Below, in pieces: positions 23,865 to 33,258 of a stretch of DNA of 64,000 nt. The notes under the pieces are model-generated. The model was given only the letters and a program-made list of their open reading frames with translations, was not told the origin of the DNA and did no database searches. Origin of the DNA: a virus; IMG/VR virus record IMGVR_UViG_3300032053_000048, positions 1-64,000 of that record; one strand, written 5' to 3'. How positions within the stretch are numbered: position 1 is the first letter of the stretch; the number at the start of each line of letters is the position of its first letter. Both the position numbers and the translations under genes were made by a program.

Positions 23865-25862
23865 TTATGAAAAACTTGCTTCTGATTGAACTTCTCTTTC
23901 CTTGCCTGGCTTATATTCCTCGACAATGATCGGCATATCCATGTATTTGAGTGCCATCCATACCCCTCCAGCTCTTGTGATAGCTATGTCATCGTGACTG
24001 CCCTCAACGGCACCAATAGAACCATCGTCTTTGTATTCCAATGTATCCATTTCGTCACAGGCTTTATCCCAACGCTCTAAATAAAGATCGTCTCTAAGGG
24101 CAGCATTATGAGTATTGATGATCAATGATTTCGTACCCGAGTTTGTATGGAATCCCCACTTAATAGGAGCTTTCTGTTTTATCTTTTCTGGGTCTGTTCG
24201 GGCAAAGAGATTATTGTAATACTCCGCAATCTCATCAAGTACAGTTACAAAGTGATCACCCTCCGTATCTTTCCGGGACCTCAGGGAATTAGTTTCTATT
24301 GCCAGCAGGCCCATTCCCCAAAATGAACCTAACTGTGCGCACTTCCAGGCAAAGATATCCTGATCAAGGTGCCCCCACCAGGTAGCAACAATTTCCGGTT
24401 TACCTCCTTCCATCATCCAGTATCTGTCAATAATAGTCAGACATGAGAAGTCTGAGCCGTCTGATCTGCCTCCGATGTCACCAAAGAGAGCGTACCTGTT
24501 CTTGATGTTAACTGTCAAATCCGGCAGGGCCCAAACAAAAAGACTACCCCTGCCATTCTCCTCCAACCTTAGATTTTTAAGACTGTCTGGACCTGTCTGA
24601 GCATCACCCATAATTTCGCCAGTGAACTCCGGCGCTTTACAGTTAACCCTTGCCTTGGCAACATATTCGGCCCGGAATACCCTGCGACCTGTTGATTGAA
24701 ATGCCTCAATATCATTTGACGGATATTCTGACTTCATTCGCCAGTCGTCATAGTTCTCACCATTCTTAAAGTCATAATACCACTTGATGCCTTCCAGGGT
24801 GGCCCCTGCCAGCCATAGGTATTTAGCGTAAGATTCCTTTGTTATGGCCCAAGTAATGAAGTCATACAGATCGGATAACTTGATCTTCTTCTGGTATCTC
24901 TCGATCTCGAACCATGCCACAAAGATCGGGATATATGAACTGGTACCTTTCTTGGCAGCCTGCCATTCCCTGTGAAAGAAATTACCGACTCCCTTGGCTG
25001 TAGATTCCATTACTATAAGGCTATTGGCTATTGTAGGAACTGTTCCTCTAAGTGTCTGAGCCAGGTCCTCTGCGGATTTCATAGCCGTTGATTTCCAGAG
25101 TCCAACCTCAGAAAGGTGCAGCATAGCAAAGTCGTATGATCTAAGATTCTCCGGTTCCTGGGCCGAACCAACTCCGACTATACAGTTCCGCTCCTTGATA
25201 ACCTTTGTCTTTGTCGAACCTTCGTAAGGTACAAATGTAATTCTACCGAATTCCTTAGGATAAAGATTCGCAAGTCTCTTATACATTCCCCGGATATGTT
25301 TCGACTGGTCCTCAACATCTGCAATAATAGCCGAGTGCCAGTTAGTTTCCTGAATTTGTTGCATCCAGGCCATGTATATTTCTACAAGTGTAGAACCTCC
25401 CCATTGACGTGCTTTCAAAAGAATTATCCGTATTGGCACACCCTCTATCCGCATCTTTTCAAGCTGCTTGAGGAGTTTTCGTTGCGCCTTATTAAGAACA
25501 AATGGGACCTCCTTTTTGGTAGTTTTGTGTTGAATCTTTGCACAGACATAAGCCCAAAATTCAAAGTCATATATGAACCTGATCTTGGTTAGTTCGTGCA
25601 TGAAGGTGGCGGTTGTTACCGGGTCCTCGGAATTCAGAGCTTTCTCTATTGAGCCGAGACGTTTGATCTTACGGACAATAGATTGCTCCATATACATTCT
25701 CTCCGGCAAAAAAAGTGAGTAATGGTTAGTATGGTAGAAGAAATCAACCTTAATGCGTTTAATAGGAGAACCAAGGCCTGTACCGGGATTATAGGGAGAG
25801 TTGAGTCGTTCCTTACGAAGGTCGTTTTCCTTTATAATATCTTCTATTTCTTCTTTCGACAT
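23865..25862 (-). CDS. terL: Terminase large subunit
   Basis: ILLKARQWGGST (Walker A), HLSEVG (Walker B), MESTAKGVGNFFH, nuclease motifs GDIGG...DFS and HDD. Confidence 0.93.
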   Translation of the reverse strand: MSKEEIEDIIKENDLRKERLNSPYNPGTGLGSPIKRIKVDFFYHTNHYSLFLPERMYMEQSIVRKIKRLGSIEKALNSEDPVTTATFMHELTKIRFIYDFEFWAYVCAKIQHKTTKKEVPFVLNKAQRKLLKQLEKMRIEGVPIRIILLKARQWGGSTLVEIYMAWMQQIQETNWHSAIIADVEDQSKHIRGMYKRLANLYPKEFGRITFVPYEGSTKTKVIKERNCIVGVGSAQEPENLRSYDFAMLHLSEVGLWKSTAMKSAEDLAQTLRGTVPTIANSLIVMESTAKGVGNFFHREWQAAKKGTSSYIPIFVAWFEIERYQKKIKLSDLYDFITWAITKESYAKYLWLAGATLEGIKWYYDFKNGENYDDWRMKSEYPSNDIEAFQSTGRRVFRAEYVAKARVNCKAPEFTGEIMGDAQTGPDSLKNLRLEENGRGSLFVWALPDLTVNIKNRYALFGDIGGRSDGSDFSCLTIIDRYWMMEGGKPEIVATWWGHLDQDIFAWKCAQLGSFWGMGLLAIETNSLRSRKDTEGDHFVTVLDEIAEYYNNLFARTDPEKIKQKAPIKWGFHTNSGTKSLIINTHNAALRDDLYLERWDKACDEMDTLEYKDDGSIGAVEGSHDDIAITRAGGVWMALKYMDMPIIVEEYKPGKEREVQSEASFS

Positions 25863-26059
25863 TCGTTATGGCGAAGATTTTTTGTAATGAGTATCTGAAC
25901 GTAACTTGAGGTGTACTGTGTACGTTTAGCAACCTCATCGTACAGAAATTTCTTGGTATATTGCTTGGCAGTTTCTCCATATTCAGCGATAACATCATCG
26001 TAGGCCTGGAGTACCTTATTGTTCCGTAACCTGGTAGTAGCATGGACCGGTTCAGCCAT
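25844..26059 (-). CDS. Small HTH-like protein leading the terminase operon
   Basis: 71 aa, overlaps the terL start. LYDEVAKRTQYTSSYVQILI resembles an HTH. Confidence 0.6.
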   Translation of the reverse strand: MAEPVHATTRLRNNKVLQAYDDVIAEYGETAKQYTKKFLYDEVAKRTQYTSSYVQILITKNLRHNECRKKK

Positions 26060-26081
26060 TTTACAGAAGATTTGGTTTTGG

Positions 26082-26089
26082 CAAATATA
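26082..26089 (-). promoter_or_regulatory. Bacteroidota -7 element (TATATTTG) for the terminase operon
   Basis: Exact TAnnTTTG on the - strand, 22 bp upstream of the ATG at 26059. Confidence 0.6.
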
Positions 26090-26153
26090 TTATAATTTAT
26101 CAGATAGTCGTGATAATTACACACCTTTTTACGAACTTATTGAATTAGTTTTG
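26090..26153 (+). promoter_or_regulatory. Putative regulated late promoter 2 (two boxes plus -7 element TAGTTTTG)
   Basis: TTATAATTTATCA (26090), TGATAATTACACA (26111) and TAGTTTTG (26146), with the same spacings as at 2015-2078. Confidence 0.65.
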
Positions 26154-26183
26154 AATAACGATTTTAAATCAAAAACTTAATTT

Positions 26184-27173
26184 ATGGGAGAAGGTGGAAG
26201 TTCATCAGGTGCATCAGCAGGTTCAGGCGCAGTAGCAGCAGCAACCAGCGAGGGTGCAGTGGCAACCTCTGATGGTGCAAAATCATCAAAAGAGGGAGTA
26301 TCAGAAGGAACAAAAGAGGCCTCGCCGGAGGCAAAGACTGAGAAAGTGGGTGCGGTTATAGATGCCAAACCTGTGACTGTCGAGGAAGTCAAAGACAAAT
26401 CGACTATAAACAAAGATGCTGTTGAAAAACCAAAACACAAACACGCCGAGAGGCTTGCCAAGGCATATCCAGATCGTCAGTTCTCTGGCGATGAAGATTA
26501 CGATAAAGCTCTTGACGAACATCTCAGTGATCTTGAAGGATACAGGGAGCGAGGTACGAAAGCAAATGCTCAACTCGTTCAGCTCTTTGATGCTGAACCC
26601 TGGGTGGCTGATCTTGTAAGGTCAATGATCAATGGTGAATCAGGCAGGGTAGCAATATCAAGACATTTCAGTGCTGAGGATTTTATATCGGAGCCGGGAG
26701 ATGAGGACCATGAAGCTCTTGAAAAGAACAAGAAGGAAAGAGCCGAAAGGATTGAGAAATCAAACAAGTTCAATCAGCAGTTTAATGAGAACGTTGAGTT
26801 TTCAACAAAGACTATTGATGAGTTTGCTAAGGAAAATAACCTGAAACCGGAGGAAGCTCAGAAGTTCTTTGATGATTTTGATTTAATATTGGCTGACATA
26901 TATGCCGGTAAGATCACCAAAGAGACACTTACAAAGATTATGAGGGCAGTTAAGCATGATGAGGCTGTTCAGGCAGCAAAGGAAGAAGGAGAGATAAAAG
27001 GCCGAAATGAGAAGATTACTATTGAGAAAGAGAAGGAATCAGCTATTAAAGAAAAAACAGATGGCCTTCCGGTGTTAGGAAAGACTGGTGAGGAAAGCAA
27101 GGAAGAAGAAGTAAGGCCTGTAAGCAAGATCGACCAGATTCTTGAGAATACCAAGCGAAGAACAAATTTTTAG
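26184..27173 (+). CDS. Putative capsid scaffolding protein
   Basis: Disordered N-terminus and charged helical body, immediately upstream of the capsid gene. Confidence 0.7.
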   Translation: MGEGGSSSGASAGSGAVAAATSEGAVATSDGAKSSKEGVSEGTKEASPEAKTEKVGAVIDAKPVTVEEVKDKSTINKDAVEKPKHKHAERLAKAYPDRQFSGDEDYDKALDEHLSDLEGYRERGTKANAQLVQLFDAEPWVADLVRSMINGESGRVAISRHFSAEDFISEPGDEDHEALEKNKKERAERIEKSNKFNQQFNENVEFSTKTIDEFAKENNLKPEEAQKFFDDFDLILADIYAGKITKETLTKIMRAVKHDEAVQAAKEEGEIKGRNEKITIEKEKESAIKEKTDGLPVLGKTGEESKEEEVRPVSKIDQILENTKRRTNF

Positions 27174-27210
27174 TGTGACAGTTATATATATTAACCAAAT
27201 TTTTTATCAA

Positions 27211-28596
27211 ATGAAGAAGAACCTTTTTTACTACGGGTCCAAAATATTAGGGGTGACATTTATCTGCGCCCTGATTTTCATATTTAATGGACTACTGGCC
27301 ATTGGGTCAGGGATTGCTTATGCTACCGTTACCGGAGCTGTCGTTGATGGAACCGCTGTATCGGTGGAGAAAGTGAAAGCCGGTTCTACTATTGACAGGG
27401 ATTATGTGAGCAAGAAGATTACGGAGATGCGCCCCGCAGCCACTCCTCTTGATACAATCCTTAGATCGATAGAGAACCAGGTAAGTGTCAGTTCGTTTAA
27501 GACAGAGTTTTACGCTGTTTCATCCAGGGAACTTATTGATACCGTTAATACAGCATATACCTATGCTGGCGATGGTGTAACAAGTTACGACCTGATTGTT
27601 AATAACGTAACTGCATGGACTGATGATGATACTTGTGTATTCCCCGGGCTTGTCGGCGCAACGGTCGGCTCAGGTACTGGTGATGGCAAGGACCTTGTTT
27701 GTTTTGTAGTCTCCCGTAACGTATCCGCAAACACTATTAAGATTCAGCCTATTAATAGTCAGTTCGGTACTGGTGCCAATGCTGCCAAGGTTGTATTACC
27801 TGCAGCAGGAATCGCAATCAACCAGACTATCGTTAGGATGGGAACCTGTAAGAACGAACTTGATGCTCAGACTGCAGCTTATGGTATCGTTCCTGTAAAA
27901 GCTTATAACTACCTTCAGATATTCATGGCACAGGCCGAAGAAGGTACATTCCAGAGACTGCATGAGAAAGAAGTTGATTTCTCGTTCTCTGACTATGAAG
28001 CTCAGAACATCTATGACATGAGAGCCCGTATGGAGTATTCATTCCTGTTCGGTGTTCGTGGATTGTTCTATGATGTTACCAACAACAAACAGCGCTATAT
28101 GACTGGTGGTATTACAAGATCAATTACCACAGCTCTTGAGTATGGCGTAGGTTCCGGTGACAGGACCATTGATAATCCAACGGTTATCAACTGGACCAAA
28201 TCAATATTCACCGGGAACTCAGGAAGTGACCGTAGGATTATGTTCATGGGTAATGCTTTTGCTGCCTACATGATGGGTGCTGATACAGTTCAGCGTCAGA
28301 TCGATGCCAAGAAAACCGAAAGGGTTTATGGTATCACATTCAATCTTGTTGAGACTAACTTTGGTCAGTTGCTTTGTAAACATCACAACCTGCTTGATAT
28401 TGCCGGTTGGGGAGAGAAAGCAATCGTTATCGACCTTAACTATCTTGAGAAACATACATGGAAGCCGATGGCAATTCGTGAACTCGACCTTCTTAGTTCA
28501 GGAACACGTAATGTAAAGGCTACAGTTATCGAAGAAACAACCGGACCTGTTTTAAGGTATCCGAGTGTTCATGGAATAATTAGTCCTAAAGCCTAA
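27211..28596 (+). CDS. Major capsid protein (SU10/DUF5309-like HK97 fold) with hydrophobic N-terminal leader
   Basis: ATG at 27211 after an A/T-rich leader. Motifs RPAATPLD, YNYLQIF, MEYSFLFG, RYMTGGI and ETNFGQL; followed by a terminator. Confidence 0.85.
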   Translation: MKKNLFYYGSKILGVTFICALIFIFNGLLAIGSGIAYATVTGAVVDGTAVSVEKVKAGSTIDRDYVSKKITEMRPAATPLDTILRSIENQVSVSSFKTEFYAVSSRELIDTVNTAYTYAGDGVTSYDLIVNNVTAWTDDDTCVFPGLVGATVGSGTGDGKDLVCFVVSRNVSANTIKIQPINSQFGTGANAAKVVLPAAGIAINQTIVRMGTCKNELDAQTAAYGIVPVKAYNYLQIFMAQAEEGTFQRLHEKEVDFSFSDYEAQNIYDMRARMEYSFLFGVRGLFYDVTNNKQRYMTGGITRSITTALEYGVGSGDRTIDNPTVINWTKSIFTGNSGSDRRIMFMGNAFAAYMMGADTVQRQIDAKKTERVYGITFNLVETNFGQLLCKHHNLLDIAGWGEKAIVIDLNYLEKHTWKPMAIRELDLLSSGTRNVKATVIEETTGPVLRYPSVHGIISPKA

Positions 28597-28605
28597 GTAA
28601 ACCTG

Positions 28606-28637
28606 AAAGAGGGAGATAACCTTCTCCCTCTTTCTTT
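28606..28637 (+). terminator. Intrinsic terminator after capsid gene
   Basis: AAAGAGGGAGA-TAACCT-TCTCCCTCTTT hairpin followed by a T-rich tail. Confidence 0.8.
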
Positions 28638-28649
28638 AATATAAACTAT

Positions 28650-29102
28650 ATGAAAAAAGTATCAAAAACTTACCAGGCAATCTCGTATGTACAGTTAGAC
28701 ACTTATGTCATGGCAAACGGGATGAAGATTTTAATTGCTTTTCGGGGAGGGACTTTTGAACCACCAAGGAACGGAACCTTTACGACCAACGAACCCGGAA
28801 TCATTGAGGCTATGGATAAGCCAGAGAACGGACTTGGAAAGTCATATCATCTTTTAAGCGTCACTGAATATGACGATCAGCCAGTAACTAAAACCGCTGG
28901 TCTGCCCTCTGATGCTGGTGAGCAGTACCAGATAGTACCGGGGATTAATTCTGTTGCAAAGGCAAGAGAGTATCTTATAAAGGCCTCAGAAGATGGTAAT
29001 ATCAAATCGGGTATTACGGCATCACTTCTGAAGAATAGAACGCAGGTACTCGCTATTGCTGAGGACGTGAGAATCAGATTTATTGATCTACCTAAAGAAT
29101 AA
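28650..29102 (+). CDS. Hypothetical phage protein (head-associated)
   Basis: 150-aa ORF with A-rich leader between the capsid and adaptor genes. Confidence 0.65.
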   Translation: MKKVSKTYQAISYVQLDTYVMANGMKILIAFRGGTFEPPRNGTFTTNEPGIIEAMDKPENGLGKSYHLLSVTEYDDQPVTKTAGLPSDAGEQYQIVPGINSVAKAREYLIKASEDGNIKSGITASLLKNRTQVLAIAEDVRIRFIDLPKE

Positions 29103-29107
29103 CAACC

Positions 29108-29935
29108 ATGAACCGGGAAGGAATTCTCAATATGGTGCATATCAAAATGGATGAGTTCACTCCTCCCGGGGTGGACCTTCCCTTTGATGATTTCATTGGA
29201 CCCATACTTGATGAGTGCGCCAAGGAAATTGCAGAGGTTTGCCCTCTGCACTTGCTTATTCCGGTCCCTATGGTATGTTATACTACAAAGCGAAAGATCG
29301 ATACAAATATTGCGACACTCACATTCAACTCATCTCATAATTTCCAGTTGGGGAGTGTTGTTAACATCTCAGGTATTACAACTCATCTTGAATACAATGG
29401 AACATTCACAATCACTGCCGTAACAACGGACTCTATAAGTTATGCACTTACTCATGCTGATGAGACCGAGGCCACAGATACCGGTGGAATTGTAATGTTC
29501 AAAACAATATTTACTGACAATAAGGCTTATATCTCCAAGCCGTCAGACTTCTTACGCCTCTATGCCCTCAGATTCCCTTTATGGCAGAGAACGGTAATAG
29601 AGACCACTAAGCCAGACACAGACGCTGGAAGAAATCAGGATAATCCTTACCTGGCATCAGGAATAGGAAGACCGTCTGTAGTGATCAAAACAGCAATGCC
29701 AACAGGAGGGAGCATGGGAGAATATCTGATCTGCGGTAAGGTTGAGACAAGTACCATACCATCGACAGCTCTCTACATCAAAATTAAGGCCCCTGAGGAA
29801 TTACCCGATTCCCTTATCCCTGCTCTCTCTTATCTGGCAGCTGCCAAGGTACTCGCTATATCGAAGGAATTCGATCTGGCAAAGTCAGCAATGGACCAAT
29901 ATGGGTTATCGCTAACGCAGTTAGCTCAATCATAG
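29108..29935 (+). CDS. Head-tail adaptor-like protein with inserted FCCH-like beta domain
   Basis: KPSDFLRLYALRFPLW and LIPALSYLAAAKVL resemble adaptor/tail tubular A proteins; insertion at ~29285-29488. Confidence 0.6.
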   Translation: MNREGILNMVHIKMDEFTPPGVDLPFDDFIGPILDECAKEIAEVCPLHLLIPVPMVCYTTKRKIDTNIATLTFNSSHNFQLGSVVNISGITTHLEYNGTFTITAVTTDSISYALTHADETEATDTGGIVMFKTIFTDNKAYISKPSDFLRLYALRFPLWQRTVIETTKPDTDAGRNQDNPYLASGIGRPSVVIKTAMPTGGSMGEYLICGKVETSTIPSTALYIKIKAPEELPDSLIPALSYLAAAKVLAISKEFDLAKSAMDQYGLSLTQLAQS

Positions 29936-29968
29936 TTCTATTATTAATCGTATCCAAAACTTAAAATT

Positions 29969-30526
29969 ATGCCAATCTGGGATCGTGATTTAGAAGTAGT
30001 AAAATGGACTCCAAAGTTCATACTTCGCAGTTTAAAATTTGCAGTCCGCCACTATGTCGGCGCATCTGCTACTCAGCTTACTCATTATCCACAAGGAGGG
30101 ACTGAAAGACAGTTCTCCAATGTGAAGTGTGTTAAAAAAACTATTGGTGTGTATGGTAAAGCCGGTTGTGACTTCAATTTCACTAACCCCGTCAATACCA
30201 CAGCTCAGAACATAGACCTTGGTTCAATAGTCCCTGCTTTCGCAAGAGTACTTGAAACAAGGGTAGTGTGTGATGAATCACCAACAGGATTAGTTTCAAT
30301 GGCTCTTACAGCTGGTAACGCATCAGCAGGAGCTCAGTTTATGGCTTCAGTACAGTGCTTTACCTTGAGTACAGTTGTTGCAACACTGGTGGCCCTTCTG
30401 TGGACCGTAGCGCCCACAAACGCTGCATCAAAGGTATGGATTGGAGCTACACCAGGAGCAAACTGGTCACTCGACACAACTAATGTTGGGAAATGGAGCG
30501 TCTATACTTATTTCACTGAAATCTAA
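29969..30526 (+). CDS. Putative virion decoration protein (beta-sandwich)
   Basis: IDLGSIVPAFARVLETRV...LTAGNASAGAQF pattern; structural operon context. Confidence 0.45.
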   Translation: MPIWDRDLEVVKWTPKFILRSLKFAVRHYVGASATQLTHYPQGGTERQFSNVKCVKKTIGVYGKAGCDFNFTNPVNTTAQNIDLGSIVPAFARVLETRVVCDESPTGLVSMALTAGNASAGAQFMASVQCFTLSTVVATLVALLWTVAPTNAASKVWIGATPGANWSLDTTNVGKWSVYTYFTEI

Positions 30527-30538
30527 AATCATCATCCC

Positions 30539-30931
30539 ATGTCAGGTATTTACGCAGGGAGCTCCCCTAAGTTTTTAACCAGAATCAGGGATGAGAACGG
30601 TGTGCAACTGGACCCGGAAGATATCAACCAGATCATTGAAGTAAAAATCTGGATTTATAACGCTATCTCCGGGACCGTAGTTGCCAAATTCTATCTTAAT
30701 ACAGCTCCTACTCCTCTTGGAACATGGAGGCAGGCTGAGGTGAAAACTATTGGACCATCAGATAAAAGAATACTTCTTACTCTCTTGCCAGCAGAAACAC
30801 TTGCAGCACCAGTTAATAAGAATGAGATACAGGTTACGGTAACTGTGCCGGATGCCGACTTCGATAGTGGAGAAAGGGAAATAATTAAGAAAGGTAGATT
30901 TGCCGATATCAACCCCGCAAAATCCTCATAA
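30539..30931 (+). CDS. BppU-N-like fibre attachment protein
   Basis: IRDENGVQLDP...ILLTLLPAET pattern, directly upstream of the fibre genes. Confidence 0.45.
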   Translation: MSGIYAGSSPKFLTRIRDENGVQLDPEDINQIIEVKIWIYNAISGTVVAKFYLNTAPTPLGTWRQAEVKTIGPSDKRILLTLLPAETLAAPVNKNEIQVTVTVPDADFDSGEREIIKKGRFADINPAKSS

Positions 30932-30934
30932 CCT

Positions 30935-32857
30935 ATGGCCAGCGATATTATTATCGATGTATCAAGCCAGGGTTATGATATCGATGTGACTCTGGATGCT
31001 ACCTTCCTCGTTCAACCGGGAGGAGGTGGTAATTCTGTTTTATATTCAGGAACACCTCAGGCGAACGAGATACCTGTATTTGTATCACAGAATACCGTTG
31101 TTGGTAATGCCAATCTTGTATATGACGGTTCATACCTGGTCACACCTCAGATCAAAACAGTAAACCTACAGGTTGATCATATCGCTGAGCGCAATAGTGC
31201 TCATGGAATCATTGTGGATAATACAATGAGCAGCGATGATATAAAGAATAAGGGAACGTTCGTTTCAGGCTTCTCCGGTAGTGGTTATAATCTTAAATAT
31301 ACCGGAGGATACGCAAGTCTTGAACTTGATTTTCTAACTGTACGCCGTAAGATGTGGGCCTATGAACTTGAGATCAGGGAGGTTAACAGTATCGGAGGTA
31401 CTCTTGTTATCTCAGTAGCCAATGGTGTTGCTAAGAACGTGGTTGGTAACACTATCTATTTTGATGTTGATGGAGGCGCAAACCCCATTCAGTTTGTAAC
31501 CGATGATATTGTCCGGGCTCAGGCTTATACGGGAAGATCAATAGCTTATTTCCAAGGCAGGGTTACTGCCGTAAGCTCAGATAACATAACAGTTCAGCCT
31601 GACGGTGGTTCTGACTCACCCTGGAATGGAATGAAACTCGTACAGGTGGGTCATGTATCTAACGCTGCCAGACAGAATCTCATCTATCTCACTGCGTCAG
31701 ACAGTAATAATCCGTATATCGATATGCTTGCAGGTGTTACGGATGGCAGTTTTGCAGGAAAGCAGAAACTCAGGATAGGGAATTTAACTGGAATTACAGA
31801 TGCCGACTTTGGTGGTGCTCTCTCAGGATATGGTCTGTATTCTAATAACATATATCTCAAAGGTCAGATCATAATGACCGGTGGTTCGGTAGCATGGACC
31901 GCAGTTAGTGGTAAGCCTTCATATTTCTCAACTCCAACAGGGTCGGGACTTTTTCTGGATGCTACTCACATGGGTTATTATTCTGCCTCAGCATGGAAGA
32001 CATACATGGATAGCTCGGGCAACTTCGTTCTTGGTGATTATGGAGGAGGAAACGCAGGCATTGGATGGAATCAGGGAACCGGTACGCTCACAATAAGAGG
32101 AACGATAGCCATGACTGCCGGTAGTGTTGACTGGTCACTGGTCGGGGGTAAACCATCATATCTTGGCACTCCAGTATCGACTCCGGGCCTTTATATAACT
32201 TCTACATATTTAGGTTATTTTGATGGCAGTGGTTTTACCTCTTATATTGATAGTTCCGGTAACTGTGTATTTACAGGAGTGAGTTTGTTTGGAAGCGACC
32301 CCGGAGCCGGAGGAGCTGTCACAATAGAGGAAAACACTCTGACTGAGAGAACAGTCAATGGCCTGTCTTACCTGGTATTCAACAATGCTGGTTATAACGG
32401 AGGAACAACCAAATACCGGGGATTTATTGTAAATGATGGCAGGGGCGAGGGGCCTGGTCATAATCTTCTTTATATTTTACCATCAGCCGGGGCACAGTCA
32501 ATAACAATGGGTGATATCGGAGTAACTGAAAGTACCTTGTTATTTGAAGTTTTTGGCTCACAAAAGGTTTATAATGATCTCACAGTCTATGACAACCTCA
32601 TTGTTTCAGGATACACAGAGATCGGAGAATACCTGCAGGTTTCAGATGGAATTAAAGTTGGTGGTAGTGGAGGGCCTGATTCAAGTACTATTCTTGATCT
32701 TATCTCCACAACAAAGGCACTATTGGTCCCAAGAATGACAACAACTCAAAGAAATGCTATTTCAAGCCCGGTTAACGGGATGATAATATATGACACTACT
32801 GCTCATCAATTTTCAGGCAGGGTTAATGGTGCCTGGTCTTACTTTACAATGCACTAA
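30935..32857 (+). CDS. Tail fibre/spike protein 1
   Basis: G/S/T-rich. FVSGFSGSG...LELDFLTVRRKM module, an internal tandem repeat, and C-terminal LDLISTTKALLVPRMTTTQRNAI motif. Confidence 0.75.
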   Translation: MASDIIIDVSSQGYDIDVTLDATFLVQPGGGGNSVLYSGTPQANEIPVFVSQNTVVGNANLVYDGSYLVTPQIKTVNLQVDHIAERNSAHGIIVDNTMSSDDIKNKGTFVSGFSGSGYNLKYTGGYASLELDFLTVRRKMWAYELEIREVNSIGGTLVISVANGVAKNVVGNTIYFDVDGGANPIQFVTDDIVRAQAYTGRSIAYFQGRVTAVSSDNITVQPDGGSDSPWNGMKLVQVGHVSNAARQNLIYLTASDSNNPYIDMLAGVTDGSFAGKQKLRIGNLTGITDADFGGALSGYGLYSNNIYLKGQIIMTGGSVAWTAVSGKPSYFSTPTGSGLFLDATHMGYYSASAWKTYMDSSGNFVLGDYGGGNAGIGWNQGTGTLTIRGTIAMTAGSVDWSLVGGKPSYLGTPVSTPGLYITSTYLGYFDGSGFTSYIDSSGNCVFTGVSLFGSDPGAGGAVTIEENTLTERTVNGLSYLVFNNAGYNGGTTKYRGFIVNDGRGEGPGHNLLYILPSAGAQSITMGDIGVTESTLLFEVFGSQKVYNDLTVYDNLIVSGYTEIGEYLQVSDGIKVGGSGGPDSSTILDLISTTKALLVPRMTTTQRNAISSPVNGMIIYDTTAHQFSGRVNGAWSYFTMH

Positions 32858-33258
32858 TGGATAAGAGACTTGAAATATTCATCGAACAATCGGGCCAGGA
32901 TATCAATATCGATGTTGCTCTTGATGAGCACGAAGATATAGATGTTCAGTTCGAGGGTGTTGTATTGATGAACCCCGATGATATTGACCCTGAAATAAAG
33001 AATTACCTTGAGAACCCGAATGATCTGACTACGCTTTACATAGGTGATCAACAGATCAACGTAAGCTCATACCGTCATATTCAGACTGTGGCTTCAGCAA
33101 CGTGGAATGTGGTTCACAATCTGGACCGGGAAGGAGTAATGATTCAGGTTTTTGATTCAAATAACATTAACGTACTCGCCGAGATCGAGAATATAGATGA
33201 AAATAACGCTGTAATAAGATTCGCCTTTCCTGTAGCTGGGACTGCGGAATGTAGATAA
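32857..33258 (+). CDS. Small fibre-associated protein
   Basis: HIQTVASATWNVVHNL motif; translationally coupled to both neighbours. Confidence 0.6.
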   Translation: MDKRLEIFIEQSGQDINIDVALDEHEDIDVQFEGVVLMNPDDIDPEIKNYLENPNDLTTLYIGDQQINVSSYRHIQTVASATWNVVHNLDREGVMIQVFDSNNINVLAEIENIDENNAVIRFAFPVAGTAECR

